Shown one piece after another: positions 47,409-58,466 of a stretch of DNA of 64,000 nt; positions within the stretch are counted from its first letter, which is position 1, and every line of letters starts with the position of its first letter. The position numbers were made by a program, and so were the translations under genes. The notes beneath the pieces were generated by a model, which saw only the letters and a list, made by a program, of their open reading frames with translations, searched no databases and was not told where the DNA came from. This DNA is from Tetramitus jugosus. Taxonomy: Eukaryota; Protista; Heterolobosea. Where the stretch lies: assembly GCA_937625935.1 (NCBI GenBank), contig OW569344.1, forward strand, positions 620,001 through 684,000, read 5' to 3'.

Positions 47409-48134
47409 TCAATACTTGCATCCAGCTGGTTGAGGTCCCTTGTAAAGAGAACAAACATATCGCAACATATTGAATTCCATGTAGTTCTTCACCCACTCTC
47501 CAGTTTGTCCGTTCAAACTGAGCCATGGTAGCAGGAAGTCAGGGGTAGGTTTTAAGCTCTTTGTAGCCAAGGCCATTTGATGCATCACCTGATTGCCAAG
47601 CTCACCATTGACACATGCATCCAACTGTACGGTATCAATATCAAAGCGAGGAGCACAGTCATGTGCAGCTGGAAGAGGATCCAAAAATCGCTCATACAAG
47701 TTGAATGACATGCAATCGATGAACGGGAGAGCTTCAGCAGAGCTGTTACCCTTCAAAGCAATAGCACAAGCCTGATACATGTTTCCCTCACAATCTGGGA
47801 GCCCGTATTCACATTTGAACTGATATTGGTTGTTCTTTCCAATGGTTTCATTGGCCTTGCCAAATGGAACTAAACGCAGATTGATAATCTCAGAGAGTCC
47901 CTGTGCTTGCATTGTGGGATACACCTCAGTTGTGATGAACTGCAAGGAGAAAAAGTCTTGTGTTTCATAGTAGACGTCAATACTAATTTTTTCAGCATCG
48001 TCAGAAGCCACCTTGTTATTCATTGTGGTCCTGTGGTGGTGACGAGAAACTTTTCTCAATCTCTTTGCGGCCAAAAGAACATGGGACAAACATATGACGA
48101 GAACCAAGAAGAGGATCACTTTGGAAGATTGCAT
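47409..48134 (-). CDS. GILT family protein, paralogue 2, active-site CXXC absent
   Basis: Tandem duplicate of 46327-47058; CEYGLPDCEGN variant of the signature. Confidence 0.88.
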   Translation of the reverse strand: MQSSKVILFLVLVICLSHVLLAAKRLRKVSRHHHRTTMNNKVASDDAEKISIDVYYETQDFFSLQFITTEVYPTMQAQGLSEIINLRLVPFGKANETIGKNNQYQFKCEYGLPDCEGNMYQACAIALKGNSSAEALPFIDCMSFNLYERFLDPLPAAHDCAPRFDIDTVQLDACVNGELGNQVMHQMALATKSLKPTPDFLLPWLSLNGQTGEWVKNYMEFNMLRYVCSLYKGPQPAGCKY

Positions 48135-48356
48135 GTTGCTTATTAATGTGTGTGATGATTGTTTGGTAAATGGATTTTGTTGTGTTCGTTCACACAACAA
48201 ACAACCCAATGAGGAGAAACGAGGAAGATTTCCGGAGCATAGATTGTGTGCAGAATCATAATGGATGGTTTTGATGGATGGCAGCAGCGGAAGATTGTGT
48301 GGAACCGTTTCTAAAATGCATTCAACAATGCGAGTTTATGAGACTGGATTAAAACT

Positions 48357-49127
48357 TTAATTCTTTTGACGTGTTGGAGCCATGACCACCTCTCTGATAC
48401 ACACGTGAGGAGGCATCTCGTACACAAACTTGATGGTTTGAGCAACGTCCACAGACTGTAGGACCTCACCTTTCAATTCATTAGCTTTCCACTCCTCATA
48501 TGGATTCATCTGCTTCTCATCATTGTGAGACAAAAGTTCAGTGGAGGTGACACCTGGTGCGACACACATGACTCTCACATTACTGCCAGACACTTCTTCT
48601 CTGAGAGCTTCACTCAATCCATGAACAGCAAACTTTGTGGCACAGTAAGCCACGTGATTTGGGAATGCCTTTCTTCCAGCCACACTGGAAATATTGATAA
48701 TGGTACCTGTTTCTCTCTTGATCATATCCTGGAGCACTGCTTGAATACCGTTCAACACACCCATGATATTCGTCTGAACCATCGTTTCAATGCGATCATG
48801 TGGTTGCTCAGCCAACAGATCCAAGTACATGACACCTGCATTGTTCACCAACAAGTTCACCTGAATGTCGCTGCCAAAGTAGTCCTTGGCTTGCTGGATG
48901 GCTTGAATGACTTGATCTCTGTTGGTCACGTCACATGTGACAGCAAGTGCATTTGACTTGTTCAATGGAGAGTTATCCTCTTGTAACAGAGCTTCCAATC
49001 GATCTGTTCTTCTGGCCAATAGCAACACTCGATACTTGTCATTGCTTTGGACAAATAGTTTGGCAGTGGCTTCTCCAATGCCAGAGCTTGCTCCTGTGAT
49101 CACGATGAGTTCCTTTTGTGTGGACAT
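48357..49127 (-). CDS. Short-chain dehydrogenase/reductase (NADP-type, YdfG-like)
   Basis: TGASSGIG, ARR, NNAG, YCATK. Confidence 0.93.
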   Translation of the reverse strand: MSTQKELIVITGASSGIGEATAKLFVQSNDKYRVLLLARRTDRLEALLQEDNSPLNKSNALAVTCDVTNRDQVIQAIQQAKDYFGSDIQVNLLVNNAGVMYLDLLAEQPHDRIETMVQTNIMGVLNGIQAVLQDMIKRETGTIINISSVAGRKAFPNHVAYCATKFAVHGLSEALREEVSGSNVRVMCVAPGVTSTELLSHNDEKQMNPYEEWKANELKGEVLQSVDVAQTIKFVYEMPPHVCIREVVMAPTRQKN

Positions 49128-49432
49128 GTTTCTTGTTGTTTGTTTTTGATTGTTTTTGATTGTGGTTCTTTGTTTTGTGTACTCCTGCAGGAGGAATGTC
49201 TTTTAACTGGTTTTGAACTGAACTTGTGTAGTTCAGAAAGTGCGCAACCCCTGAACATATCGGATTCTGCAAGGTTTATTGACCATAAATGCGGATGATC
49301 TGTCTTCCAAGTTGGAATGGTGGAGCAAGCTGCTTCATTGATCAGTTGTATTATAACAGATGCCGAATTTTTGTCACCTTTTTATTGTTTGTCGATAACC
49401 GTTCCCAACTACAACACCTGGAATGCAATTTT

Positions 49433-50413
49433 TTACTTCTCAAATACAAATAAATCGTTTAGTCTACCTTCTTCACAATATCCTCCAAATAAGGCAATCT
49501 GTCTGTCATTGATGCATGTTGCATCTAGCCAGCCTCGCTCACTTGGTCTCTGATCCACATTATGCGAAGACACATCATCCATGCACTTCCATTCAAGTGT
49601 ATTTGTATCAAGCAAATAGGTGTCATTACGGAATTTACCTGCACCTAAATGTCCAACGGATGACGCCTCACGCTCTCCACCAAACACCAATATCTCTGAT
49701 TGGCCCAATGTTTTAACAACATGAACACTTCGAGCACCAGGAACTGATCCTTTCATTTGACTAGTTAAATCATTCCATGCATGACATCTATAGTCAAACA
49801 CGTGCAAATCACCCAGTTCATTGCCATTGAATCCACCAAATACATACAGCAGTGAATCACCAACAGCAGTGAATCCAGGCCCACCTCTAGCTGATGGTGC
49901 CTGTCCACTTCTTGGCTCAATGATAGTAAACTTTTGTGATTGAGCATCAAACTCCAACAACTCATTCAATCTTCCCTTGTCACTGCATCCACCAAACACA
50001 AAAAACTTGCTCTGGTCATGGTTGAATCTTGTGGCAGTGTGATAAGATCTACCAGCAATACCTTCATCTTGATTCACAGCTACAGACTGCCAAGTGTTAT
50101 TCTCAGTATCAAACACATGTAATTCATTCAAATTAACTCCATTGGCATCTCTTCCACCGTACACAAACAACTTTTCATTCAAATCAGTGGTCGTATGGGC
50201 TAATCTTGACTTTGGTGCTCCTTCAGATGGTCTTACCACTGACCAGCTCTTCGAACTCAGATCATAAATGTGAACATCACTGGAAATGGGAGATCTTGGA
50301 TCGTTCTCACCACCGAACACATAGAGTTTATTGTTCAAGTGAGTCACTGAGTGTGAGCTACGCTTCTGAGGCACAAATTGTTCATCTCTATAAACTTCTC
50401 TTGTCCACTTCAT
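49433..50413 (-). CDS. Kelch-repeat protein (nitrile-specifier-protein-like)
   Basis: Six R..H...(L)YVFGG Kelch repeats; FGGE.....GH.GAG.F. Start at MKWTRE. Confidence 0.88.
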   Translation of the reverse strand: MKWTREVYRDEQFVPQKRSSHSVTHLNNKLYVFGGENDPRSPISSDVHIYDLSSKSWSVVRPSEGAPKSRLAHTTTDLNEKLFVYGGRDANGVNLNELHVFDTENNTWQSVAVNQDEGIAGRSYHTATRFNHDQSKFFVFGGCSDKGRLNELLEFDAQSQKFTIIEPRSGQAPSARGGPGFTAVGDSLLYVFGGFNGNELGDLHVFDYRCHAWNDLTSQMKGSVPGARSVHVVKTLGQSEILVFGGEREASSVGHLGAGKFRNDTYLLDTNTLEWKCMDDVSSHNVDQRPSERGWLDATCINDRQIALFGGYCEEGRLNDLFVFEK

Positions 50414-50495
50414 GGCAAACGACTGTTGGTATTGGTTGTTATTCGCGAATTTAGGCGATGGGGCGGTGTTATTACAGTAAAACCCCAACAACAAA

Positions 50496-51050
50496 ATGCC
50501 GAAGAAAACTTCAACGACTCGACGGAGAACATCAACAGCGGCTGCGAGTAGCACTCCATCATCTCCACCAGTCTCATCAACGACCACCACCACTAGTTCT
50601 CGATCGAGACGAAGAGGAACATCTTCTTCATTGAACAAGGAACAAGCAACAACTCCAACCAAGGTCACCTCTCCTGCTGCAGGATTCTCTCCTTCCTCAA
50701 CAACACCACCACCAAATTCTGGTAGTGGTGAGAATGAAGCTGTTGGTTCGAGTCAATGGGATAAAGACCCATTATTGGATATCTGCTTGCTGGAAACGAT
50801 GGAAAAATTTCCTCCATTGTCCTATCACAGGGAATTTGCGATTGTGAATATTTGTGCTGAGATCAAGCAAATTCTTGGACAGACAATCAGCCCAATAGAT
50901 GTTGGAGATCGACTGGATGAGCTATATGCACTGTCAGATCTGGACAGAGACGGTGTTGACGTCTTAACCATGAAGAGTCAAACAGAATTGGAGGAAGAGG
51001 AACTGGATGATGTTGACTTGGACTTTGCATTGCCAGACTCGATGATCTGA
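50496..51050 (+). CDS. NuA4 subunit Eaf7/MRGBP-like
   Basis: LL....F.P...H.EFA...I...I....V...L..LY.L..LD and C-terminal DF.LP. Confidence 0.7.
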   Translation: MPKKTSTTRRRTSTAAASSTPSSPPVSSTTTTTSSRSRRRGTSSSLNKEQATTPTKVTSPAAGFSPSSTTPPPNSGSGENEAVGSSQWDKDPLLDICLLETMEKFPPLSYHREFAIVNICAEIKQILGQTISPIDVGDRLDELYALSDLDRDGVDVLTMKSQTELEEEELDDVDLDFALPDSMI

Positions 51051-51247
51051 AATGCGGAGAATAATTTGGTCCATTTTTTTGTTGAACCTCAGTCAACCAA
51101 TTGTCGGAAAAACGGACCACGCATTCACACAGAAGGAAAAATCACACAAGACATCATTTTTTCATTCTCTCCAAAAAAAGTTGCTCCGTTGCATCAAACT
51201 GAATTTATTAGCATTCTTCAAATCTTCTTTATATTTTTTTTGAGACA

Positions 51248-53893
51248 ATGTTGAATGCACATAAACATAGACTCTTGGCCCAACATAGACATGCAATCAG
51301 AGCCTTGATGAATAATTCTTCTTGTGAACATCGATCATTCTCATCACAGCAGAATGGTGATGGTAATAATGACTCTTCAAAGAATGCAAATGGGCAACAA
51401 CAGCGAACAAACAGACCTCAAAGAGGTGGATTTGCGAACAGAGGAGGCGCTCCTAGAGAACCATACAGACAGACCTCTGGAGAAAGACCAGCCTCTCGTC
51501 CAAGTGGAGAAAATGCTCCATCCAGAGGTGGTTTCCAATCGAACAGAGGCAGACCATACCCTCCTTCTGGTCAAAGATCGAGCCCTCAACAACCACAGCA
51601 ACAACCACAACAGCAAAATAGATCACAATCATCTCCACAAAGAGGAGGATTTTTCGCACGAGGTGGACACAGAGGAGCACACAGAGGAGGAATTTCTCGT
51701 GGCGCACCAAGACAATTCGAATCTGATGCTGATGACGTTGAAAACAAAATGACAATGAAGGTTGAAGGTATCGCTGATACTGTTGATGAAGTCATTGCTG
51801 ATTCGCTCTTGGATGAATCTGGACCAACAAAGAAGATTGATGCGAAGGTTTTGAAGAAGAAGGATTCTTTGAAGAAGGAACAACTTTATTTGCAAAGATC
51901 AAGTAATCAACCGCCAAGGGCAGTGAAGACATCCACCCCGGCTCCCTCTAAGAGAAGAGTTGTTGCTGACACAAAGGAGCAACAAACTACATCTGAAGAG
52001 GATGACGATGGTGAAGGTGGTCAAGAGGAAGTCGAGCCAGAAATTCAAATGCTTGAAAAATTCTCTGGATTCCTTCAGTCGAATGTCGCTCCAACAACTC
52101 ATTCATTGAACAATCTGTTCAAATTGAATAAGATTTTGGAAGACTCCCACGATGAACATTATGTCTCCACCATGAGTAATGCTATTTCTCAACATGTCGC
52201 AAGTCATAATATTCTTCACCCATTGGATTTTGGCTCCATCCTGACAAACAATGCAACTGAGAAGGTGTTGATTAGTGCAAAGGATTTGGTTAACAATCTC
52301 AGCCGAACAATTCAGGAAGCAAAGAGAGATGGTTTACTAGCACCTGAAATTGAGCAACTTTTCAGCGAATATGCCCCTGGTTTAATGTCTCCAGTTACTG
52401 AGAGTATCAAGACAAATGTCACTCTTGAAGAAGATGAGTCTGCTCCTCGCCCTGCTAAACAATCTGAGATGTCCATGATGAACAATCAATCAATTTCACA
52501 AAATTTGGCTGCTCTATCCAATTTTGTTGATGGTGGCATTAGTCCAGTGTTCTTTGAGAAGTTTAAGGAGTTGAGATTGAAGCAATTGAAGGAAGAAGGA
52601 AAGTTAACTACAGAAATCATTGATGCATACGGTCAGCTTTTACCATTGAGAGATTTGTTGAATATCGTGAAGCAGGATATTAAATATAGGCTTGGAAAGG
52701 ATAGTAATATTGAAAACTTGATTCGAACTGTTGTCAATGAGCACTCCGTGCGAGGATTGGCTGCTGAGAACATGAAGAAACAACTGCTGAGTGAATCAAC
52801 CGGTGAAGAAGACAAACAAGGAAAAAATAGCTTCACTGTGAACAGCCCAGTTGTGAGCACAGCAAATACTGAAGTTTTGAGAAGAATGATTCCTGAGGTT
52901 CAACAAATGATCTCGGAACAAATTGTTAACGAAGAGTATGCAGTCCAATTGAATCATTTCATTACTGCAAGAAACAAGAAATCACAAAAGGCTACAGATA
53001 TCTATCGTGCAACCCATGATATTATTGAAGCCAAGAGAAAAGCTGCAAGAACTATTGGTGATGTCAAAGACGAAGGTGTAAGTCTATTTGAACTGCCTAC
53101 GATGGTACGAGAGTTGGTTGACAAGGAAGATGCTGAACAAGAGCGATTGAAGTGGCTGAACCAAGGTGTTCCTGCTGACGGTATTGACCGTGAGATTTTC
53201 TTGGCACAGGATACTTTTGATTCTCATGAAAAGCTTGAGGAGAACTTGTCCCTCCTTAATAACGCTACTACAAATCTCGTCACAAAGAATCTACAATCAA
53301 AGGCACACCAAATCAGAGAAGAGGACAATGAATTGTCCTTCTTGAGTCATTCAGAAGGATTGGAGGAATTCGGAGGAAGTCTTCTTGATTCGCATGTTGT
53401 TGTTAGAAAGGAAAGATTCAGAAAGCGCTTGGAGGAGTACGAGGAGTATGTCGCCGGTCGTGAAGTTCAAATGCCATTCATAAAGGATGTTGAGTCCGTG
53501 TCAACTGTTGGTAAGGCAGGTAAATTCAGAATTGTTGCCCCAATAGAACGATACATGGATGAATACATTGACAGTGTACCACCAAGTTTGGCTAGAGAAA
53601 GATTGATCAACAACATCAGAGCTATTTCGACAAATCCTACCTTGACCATTAAGGAGAAGCAAGCTGTCATCCGTGGTCTGAGGGATACCTACATTAGCAA
53701 CGGATTGCACTTGCAACAACTGACGCCTGAGAACATGCCAACCAAGATTTATGGTGGTAAGAGAACTCACATGCATCCTAACAGAGTCAACCCAAGAGAT
53801 GCCGCCGCTCATCGTTATATGATGAACAAGGAAGCTCTTTTGGCAAAGTACAAGGATTTGACACAAAAGAAGCGACCTGAACAACAAGAATAA
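51248..53893 (+). CDS. Mitochondrial RGG-rich protein with C-terminal mS31/mS46-like motif
   Basis: Arg-rich presequence, RGG repeats; ISTNPTLTIKEK...I..LR..Y resembles the MRPS31 motif LSKNPYLSVKQK...I..FR.Y. Confidence 0.6.
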   Translation: MLNAHKHRLLAQHRHAIRALMNNSSCEHRSFSSQQNGDGNNDSSKNANGQQQRTNRPQRGGFANRGGAPREPYRQTSGERPASRPSGENAPSRGGFQSNRGRPYPPSGQRSSPQQPQQQPQQQNRSQSSPQRGGFFARGGHRGAHRGGISRGAPRQFESDADDVENKMTMKVEGIADTVDEVIADSLLDESGPTKKIDAKVLKKKDSLKKEQLYLQRSSNQPPRAVKTSTPAPSKRRVVADTKEQQTTSEEDDDGEGGQEEVEPEIQMLEKFSGFLQSNVAPTTHSLNNLFKLNKILEDSHDEHYVSTMSNAISQHVASHNILHPLDFGSILTNNATEKVLISAKDLVNNLSRTIQEAKRDGLLAPEIEQLFSEYAPGLMSPVTESIKTNVTLEEDESAPRPAKQSEMSMMNNQSISQNLAALSNFVDGGISPVFFEKFKELRLKQLKEEGKLTTEIIDAYGQLLPLRDLLNIVKQDIKYRLGKDSNIENLIRTVVNEHSVRGLAAENMKKQLLSESTGEEDKQGKNSFTVNSPVVSTANTEVLRRMIPEVQQMISEQIVNEEYAVQLNHFITARNKKSQKATDIYRATHDIIEAKRKAARTIGDVKDEGVSLFELPTMVRELVDKEDAEQERLKWLNQGVPADGIDREIFLAQDTFDSHEKLEENLSLLNNATTNLVTKNLQSKAHQIREEDNELSFLSHSEGLEEFGGSLLDSHVVVRKERFRKRLEEYEEYVAGREVQMPFIKDVESVSTVGKAGKFRIVAPIERYMDEYIDSVPPSLARERLINNIRAISTNPTLTIKEKQAVIRGLRDTYISNGLHLQQLTPENMPTKIYGGKRTHMHPNRVNPRDAAAHRYMMNKEALLAKYKDLTQKKRPEQQE

Positions 53894-54017
53894 GGGCCAA
53901 TAAAAGCTTGTTGTCAAAATTTTTCTTCCGACAAGAGAAACTCCGCCATTATTTTTTCCGATCAAACAAAACATTTTTCACCTGCACAACACACATCATA
54001 TTGGAGAGAGACTCAAA

Positions 54018-54664
54018 ATGTTGCGAGCACCCCGAACTGCATCATCCATTATTGCATTGAGAACAGCAATTACTCAAGTGCATCAACCACTGATAATAAC
54101 TCAAGCATCTTCCTTTCACAGAGTGACTGATTTTACACATGAACAGTTGACCAAGATTTTTGAAAAAAAGATGCATCCAGCATTCAAACAACGTGAGTAT
54201 CATATTTTATTTATTATTTTCCGCCCTATTGTTCGTCACACATTGCAGCATTGTCGATATCATACTTGAAATCCATTTGAGATGATATATGATCATATCA
54301 GGATTTGTTTGTTGTGTCCATGAGAGCTGCGTTTGTGCCCACAAAAAGAATATCATGAGAGCTTTGTGTTGACACTTGGCGCCAATTTTTTTCTTGTTGA
54401 TCAATAGCGGGAAAAGTTTTACCAATCAACATCAAGAAGGGTCTCCAGCATCCAACCATCATTCCAGACTCTGAGTTGCCAGAATGGGTGTTTGAGGCAA
54501 GTAAGCCTGAGAGATCACTAGAGGATTTGGAAACTCAATTGGCCAAGAAGGGACTCAAGAGCTTAACTGCTTACGAACAAAAGAGAATCAGAAAGCTAAG
54601 GAGAAGAAACAGGATTAAGAACAATAATTATGAGAGAGAAATTGGACTCGTTTTGTCAAAGTAA
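54018..54664 (+). CDS. MRPL54: Mitochondrial ribosomal protein mL54; intron 54193-54407
   Basis: Spliced product PGKVLPINIKKG..HP...PDSELPEWVF...R...R.RIKNNN fits the mL54 consensus. Confidence 0.8.
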
Positions 54665-54978
54665 ATTTGTGTGTTGGTCTTTGTCATTTGCTCACAATTG
54701 TATTAATTTTACTGAAGTCGGTCAGATTATACCCTTGAGTAAAGGAATAGAAAGTGAAATGTCAGCTCGCATACTGCATATGGTTCAGTTGCTTCAAGAG
54801 GTTCTAGGTATTCGACTCAATTGGCAATGTTCCTGAACGTTTTCGGATCATCAGGACGATCGGCGAAGATTCAAACTCCGAGTATTTGATCTTGAAATAC
54901 AATCGCGGGTCACACAAAACAATCAAAGAATTCTCTGTGTGAGTTGTTGAACCATATCTCTTCTCTTTCTAATATCAC

Positions 54979-57294
54979 ATGTGTTTTTTCTTTGCACACA
55001 AACAAGCAGATATTGGAGCTGATGTTCCCACTATTGCTCTACCGATTGAAACGTGGGCTGAATCACCAAAGTGGGAGAAACGAAACAAGAAGAAACATTC
55101 AACTCGGACGAGTCGTTGTTTGCGGTTTTCCTGGAGCTTTGGCACTGCATTTCTTTTCACAATCTTAGCTGCTCTGATAGCAGTCGGTGTGTCAGTGTGG
55201 CTCTTCAACTACGCACTGTATCGTCATAATGTGAATTCTATGGCCAAAGAAGCGAGAAGACTTCTCTTGTCGAGGATCGAGTTCCATGTCAACAATTTTG
55301 TCTCTAGAGGTACTTCAATTATCGAAGTGCTGAATTCCGAGTTTCAATGGACAGATGGCATAGGCAAGAGTAATCTGAGCACAGAAAAACTCAACGAAAA
55401 TCTCCCTTTCATCCTCATGTTTAGTCATCGAACGAATGACGAGTTTGGAGGTGTATGGTTCGGGACGGAGCAAGATGTTCTCAGGGGATGGGTTCTGAAC
55501 GACACTGTTGTTCCTCCTACAAAATTTCAACTAGTGTCATCAAACGGTGAAGGATTGTTGAAGTGTTACTTGTTCAATGACAAACTCGATAGAGCTCCAA
55601 GAGCGGCGTTCGAGCTCGAGAATTACTATCCAACAAGGAGGATTTGGTACTTGCGTCCCAAGACTGGTTTTCGGAGGCGATGGACACCTGTTTTTGCAGT
55701 ACTATCAGATCCCCACTTCCTATCAGTGTCTATCACTATGCCTTACTATAATGTGACAACAAACGAGTTTGTTGGCGTACTGGCCGTTCCGTTTGACCTA
55801 AGAACAATATCAAACTTCTTGAAGTCATTACAAACCGTGAAAGGGAGCCGGATTTTCATTGTTGAGAAGGGATTTGGTTTAGTGGCCGCGAGTCAAGGCC
55901 CGACCTCAAACACTACGATTCCTTCTTCGCCATCAACTTTAAGTGCTCTAAATAGCTCTGACCTACTAATCAGTGAAACAGCCAAGAAAATAACAGAAAC
56001 ATGGAGCGAAGAAGTAATATTCAATACAACCTACAAAGAGCTAAGATTTCGAGACTCCATGGGAGTGGCTCAAATCGCAACTGTGATTGGTATTCACGAT
56101 GAAAATGATTTAAATTGGGCAATAGGTTTGGTTGTGTCGGAAAAGGTTATTATGAGAGCGGTCATTACTTCCAATAGAGTTTCAGCTATTGTGAGCGGAA
56201 GTTGTATTGCAGTTGCATTGATTGTTGCCTTACTATTGAGCACCATAATATCTTTGCCTCTAATCGAGATTTACAAAGAGTTGAATATTATTTCAAAGAT
56301 GAAGTTTAAGGCTACTAGGACTTATCACTCCTTTAAGTTTAATGAGGTCGAGATCATGATTAATTCGATAGAGCAGTTAAAGAGGGGATTACAGTGTTTT
56401 GACGCATTCGTTCCTTCAGATGTTGTGAGAGTACTATTTCAGAATAATACGAGCGCTCGCTTAGGAGTTGTGAGAAAGAGAATCACAATTATGTTTGTTG
56501 ATATCACCTTTGAACAGACCAAGGAACTGTCGCCGACTTCATTTGTCGAGATTTTACAACAATTATCAATCTCACTGTCCCAGGTTGCTTCAGATCTTGG
56601 TGGAGTAGTCGACAAATACTTCAACGAATGTATAATGTTCCTATTCAATGCCCCATCTGATTTATTGTTCCACGAGTTACGGGCCGTTCAATCCTCGATG
56701 CAAATGATGAAGAAAATAGAAGAGTTAAACTCCCATTGGAAGTCATCAGAACTGCCCATTGTGTCTATTAGAGTAGGTATCAATACTGACAATTGTTTGG
56801 TGGGGAATATAGGAAGTACGACACGTGTCAGCTACACTGCTTTGGGAGATGCAGTAAATGTTGCAAGCAGGCTTGTCTCTCTAAACACCCGATATGACAC
56901 CCATACGATCATTGGGCCTAGTACGAAGGAAGCAACTGAAGAGATTTATGTTTGCAAGTGGCTGTCATGTTTATGTGTCAAGGGGAAGTGTGAACCCTGT
57001 ATGTATCCCTTTTCTTTTCTTGTTACATTGAGTTTGCAATTTCTAATCCATCTGAGAGTAGTGAATGTATACGAGCTAGTTGCAGAAAGAACAAGAGCTA
57101 CGGAGGATCAAAAGGATACAGAGGCTTTGTGTGAGAAAATTAAGAGATACATTGATGCTGAGGATTATCAAGCTGCTTTAACTCATGTACAGGAAATACT
57201 CGAGAAAAATCCGGAAGACAAGGCTGCTCTTGAGCTTCAACAGAGACTGACCAGTTCCAATTTCTGTCCCTTTCTCCAAATTCGAGACAAATAA
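54979..57294 (+). CDS. Receptor-type class III nucleotide cyclase (TM-Cache-TM-HAMP-cyclase); probable in-frame intron 56999-57061; 5' end uncertain
   Basis: YYPT.R.WY..., ITIMFVDI, RVGINT..C.VGNIGS..R..YTALGDAVNVASRL, VKGK.EP. Confidence 0.88.
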   Translation: MCFFFAHKQADIGADVPTIALPIETWAESPKWEKRNKKKHSTRTSRCLRFSWSFGTAFLFTILAALIAVGVSVWLFNYALYRHNVNSMAKEARRLLLSRIEFHVNNFVSRGTSIIEVLNSEFQWTDGIGKSNLSTEKLNENLPFILMFSHRTNDEFGGVWFGTEQDVLRGWVLNDTVVPPTKFQLVSSNGEGLLKCYLFNDKLDRAPRAAFELENYYPTRRIWYLRPKTGFRRRWTPVFAVLSDPHFLSVSITMPYYNVTTNEFVGVLAVPFDLRTISNFLKSLQTVKGSRIFIVEKGFGLVAASQGPTSNTTIPSSPSTLSALNSSDLLISETAKKITETWSEEVIFNTTYKELRFRDSMGVAQIATVIGIHDENDLNWAIGLVVSEKVIMRAVITSNRVSAIVSGSCIAVALIVALLLSTIISLPLIEIYKELNIISKMKFKATRTYHSFKFNEVEIMINSIEQLKRGLQCFDAFVPSDVVRVLFQNNTSARLGVVRKRITIMFVDITFEQTKELSPTSFVEILQQLSISLSQVASDLGGVVDKYFNECIMFLFNAPSDLLFHELRAVQSSMQMMKKIEELNSHWKSSELPIVSIRVGINTDNCLVGNIGSTTRVSYTALGDAVNVASRLVSLNTRYDTHTIIGPSTKEATEEIYVCKWLSCLCVKGKCEPCMYPFSFLVTLSLQFLIHLRVVNVYELVAERTRATEDQKDTEALCEKIKRYIDAEDYQAALTHVQEILEKNPEDKAALELQQRLTSSNFCPFLQIRDK

Positions 57295-57392
57295 CTCTGA
57301 TTGTTTTCCTGATATTCTGCTATCATGTACATCATACGAAACAAATAAGCTACACTTACGGTGTGGTGATAGTTAATTGTACATTCGTTTAT

Positions 57393-58466
57393 TTAGTTGT
57401 CGATACTATAACCTTTTCCTAAGAAATACAAGTACTGATTGGTCTGAGTGCTTGTCCCAATGAAATTATGAGGGAAGATTACATTTGGAGTGCTTTTGCT
57501 GACTTCATTCAATCTGTTGACCTGATCTGAAGTTAACTTGACATCAACCGCCCGCATCAGATCAGCAATTTGATCTGAATTTCTTGGTCCAACAATAGCA
57601 GATGGAACACCAGATACTTGAAGCATCCATGCTACAGCTACTTGTGCGGGAGAAACTCCCAACTCATCGGCCACTTTCAACACCTCGTCCTGAATGACAT
57701 AATCCTCCTCAGTCATTGAGACTTGTCTCTTTGAATCTGCAGAAACTTCGTTCCTCCTTTTACTTCCTGTTAGCTTACCTTGACCGAGTACGCCCCATGG
57801 AACAACACCGAGATTCAACTTGCGTGACATTGGTAATATATCTTGTTCTAATGAACGGTCATTCAGAGCATATCTTGCCTGGAAGGCAACAAATGGAGAC
57901 CATCCCTTCTCATCCGCAAAAGTGTTTGCGATGGAAACTTGCCATGCAGGAACGTCACTAATCGCCAAATGCAAGACCTTTCCACTGTTGACTAGAATCT
58001 GTAAGTCTCTAATCAGATCTTTGATATCTAGAGTGAAATCCCAGAAATGAACATAGTACAGATCAATATAATCCAGTTGCAATCTCTTCAAAGAAGCATC
58101 CAAAGCAGCAACAAAGTTCTTCTTGTGGTTGCCGGCTTGATTTGGATCAGTGCTCATTGGTCCAGTGTATTTCGTGGCAATCACCAACTTTTCTCTTGGG
58201 ATGTTATGCTTCTTGATCACACGACCGATAATCTCCTCAGATTGACCCAAGTGATAAAAGTTGGCCGTGTCAATAAAATTTCCTCCATGTTCAATGTACT
58301 TGAGAATGATCTTTTCGGATTCCTCTTCAGTGGCAGAGACGCCCATCTTTTCAGCAAATTCTGCTGTGCCAAAGTGCATGGCACCGAGACAGATTGGATG
58401 TACACGGAGTCCAGATCTTCCTAAGATTCTGTAGGTTGGTATTCTTGATGATTGTTCAGATGACAT
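57393..58466 (-). CDS. Aldo-keto reductase (aryl-alcohol dehydrogenase-like)
   Basis: LGRSGLRV..ICLGAM.FG, GGNFIDTAN.Y, ATKY, SL.RLQ.DYIDL.YVH. Start at MSSEQ. Confidence 0.92.
   Translation of the reverse strand: MSSEQSSRIPTYRILGRSGLRVHPICLGAMHFGTAEFAEKMGVSATEEESEKIILKYIEHGGNFIDTANFYHLGQSEEIIGRVIKKHNIPREKLVIATKYTGPMSTDPNQAGNHKKNFVAALDASLKRLQLDYIDLYYVHFWDFTLDIKDLIRDLQILVNSGKVLHLAISDVPAWQVSIANTFADEKGWSPFVAFQARYALNDRSLEQDILPMSRKLNLGVVPWGVLGQGKLTGSKRRNEVSADSKRQVSMTEEDYVIQDEVLKVADELGVSPAQVAVAWMLQVSGVPSAIVGPRNSDQIADLMRAVDVKLTSDQVNRLNEVSKSTPNVIFPHNFIGTSTQTNQYLYFLGKGYSIDN

Noticed and set aside
54193-54407. Intron-encoded snoRNA in the long mL54 intron
   Set aside because: No convincing C/D boxes or H/ACA double hairpin could be identified by eye.
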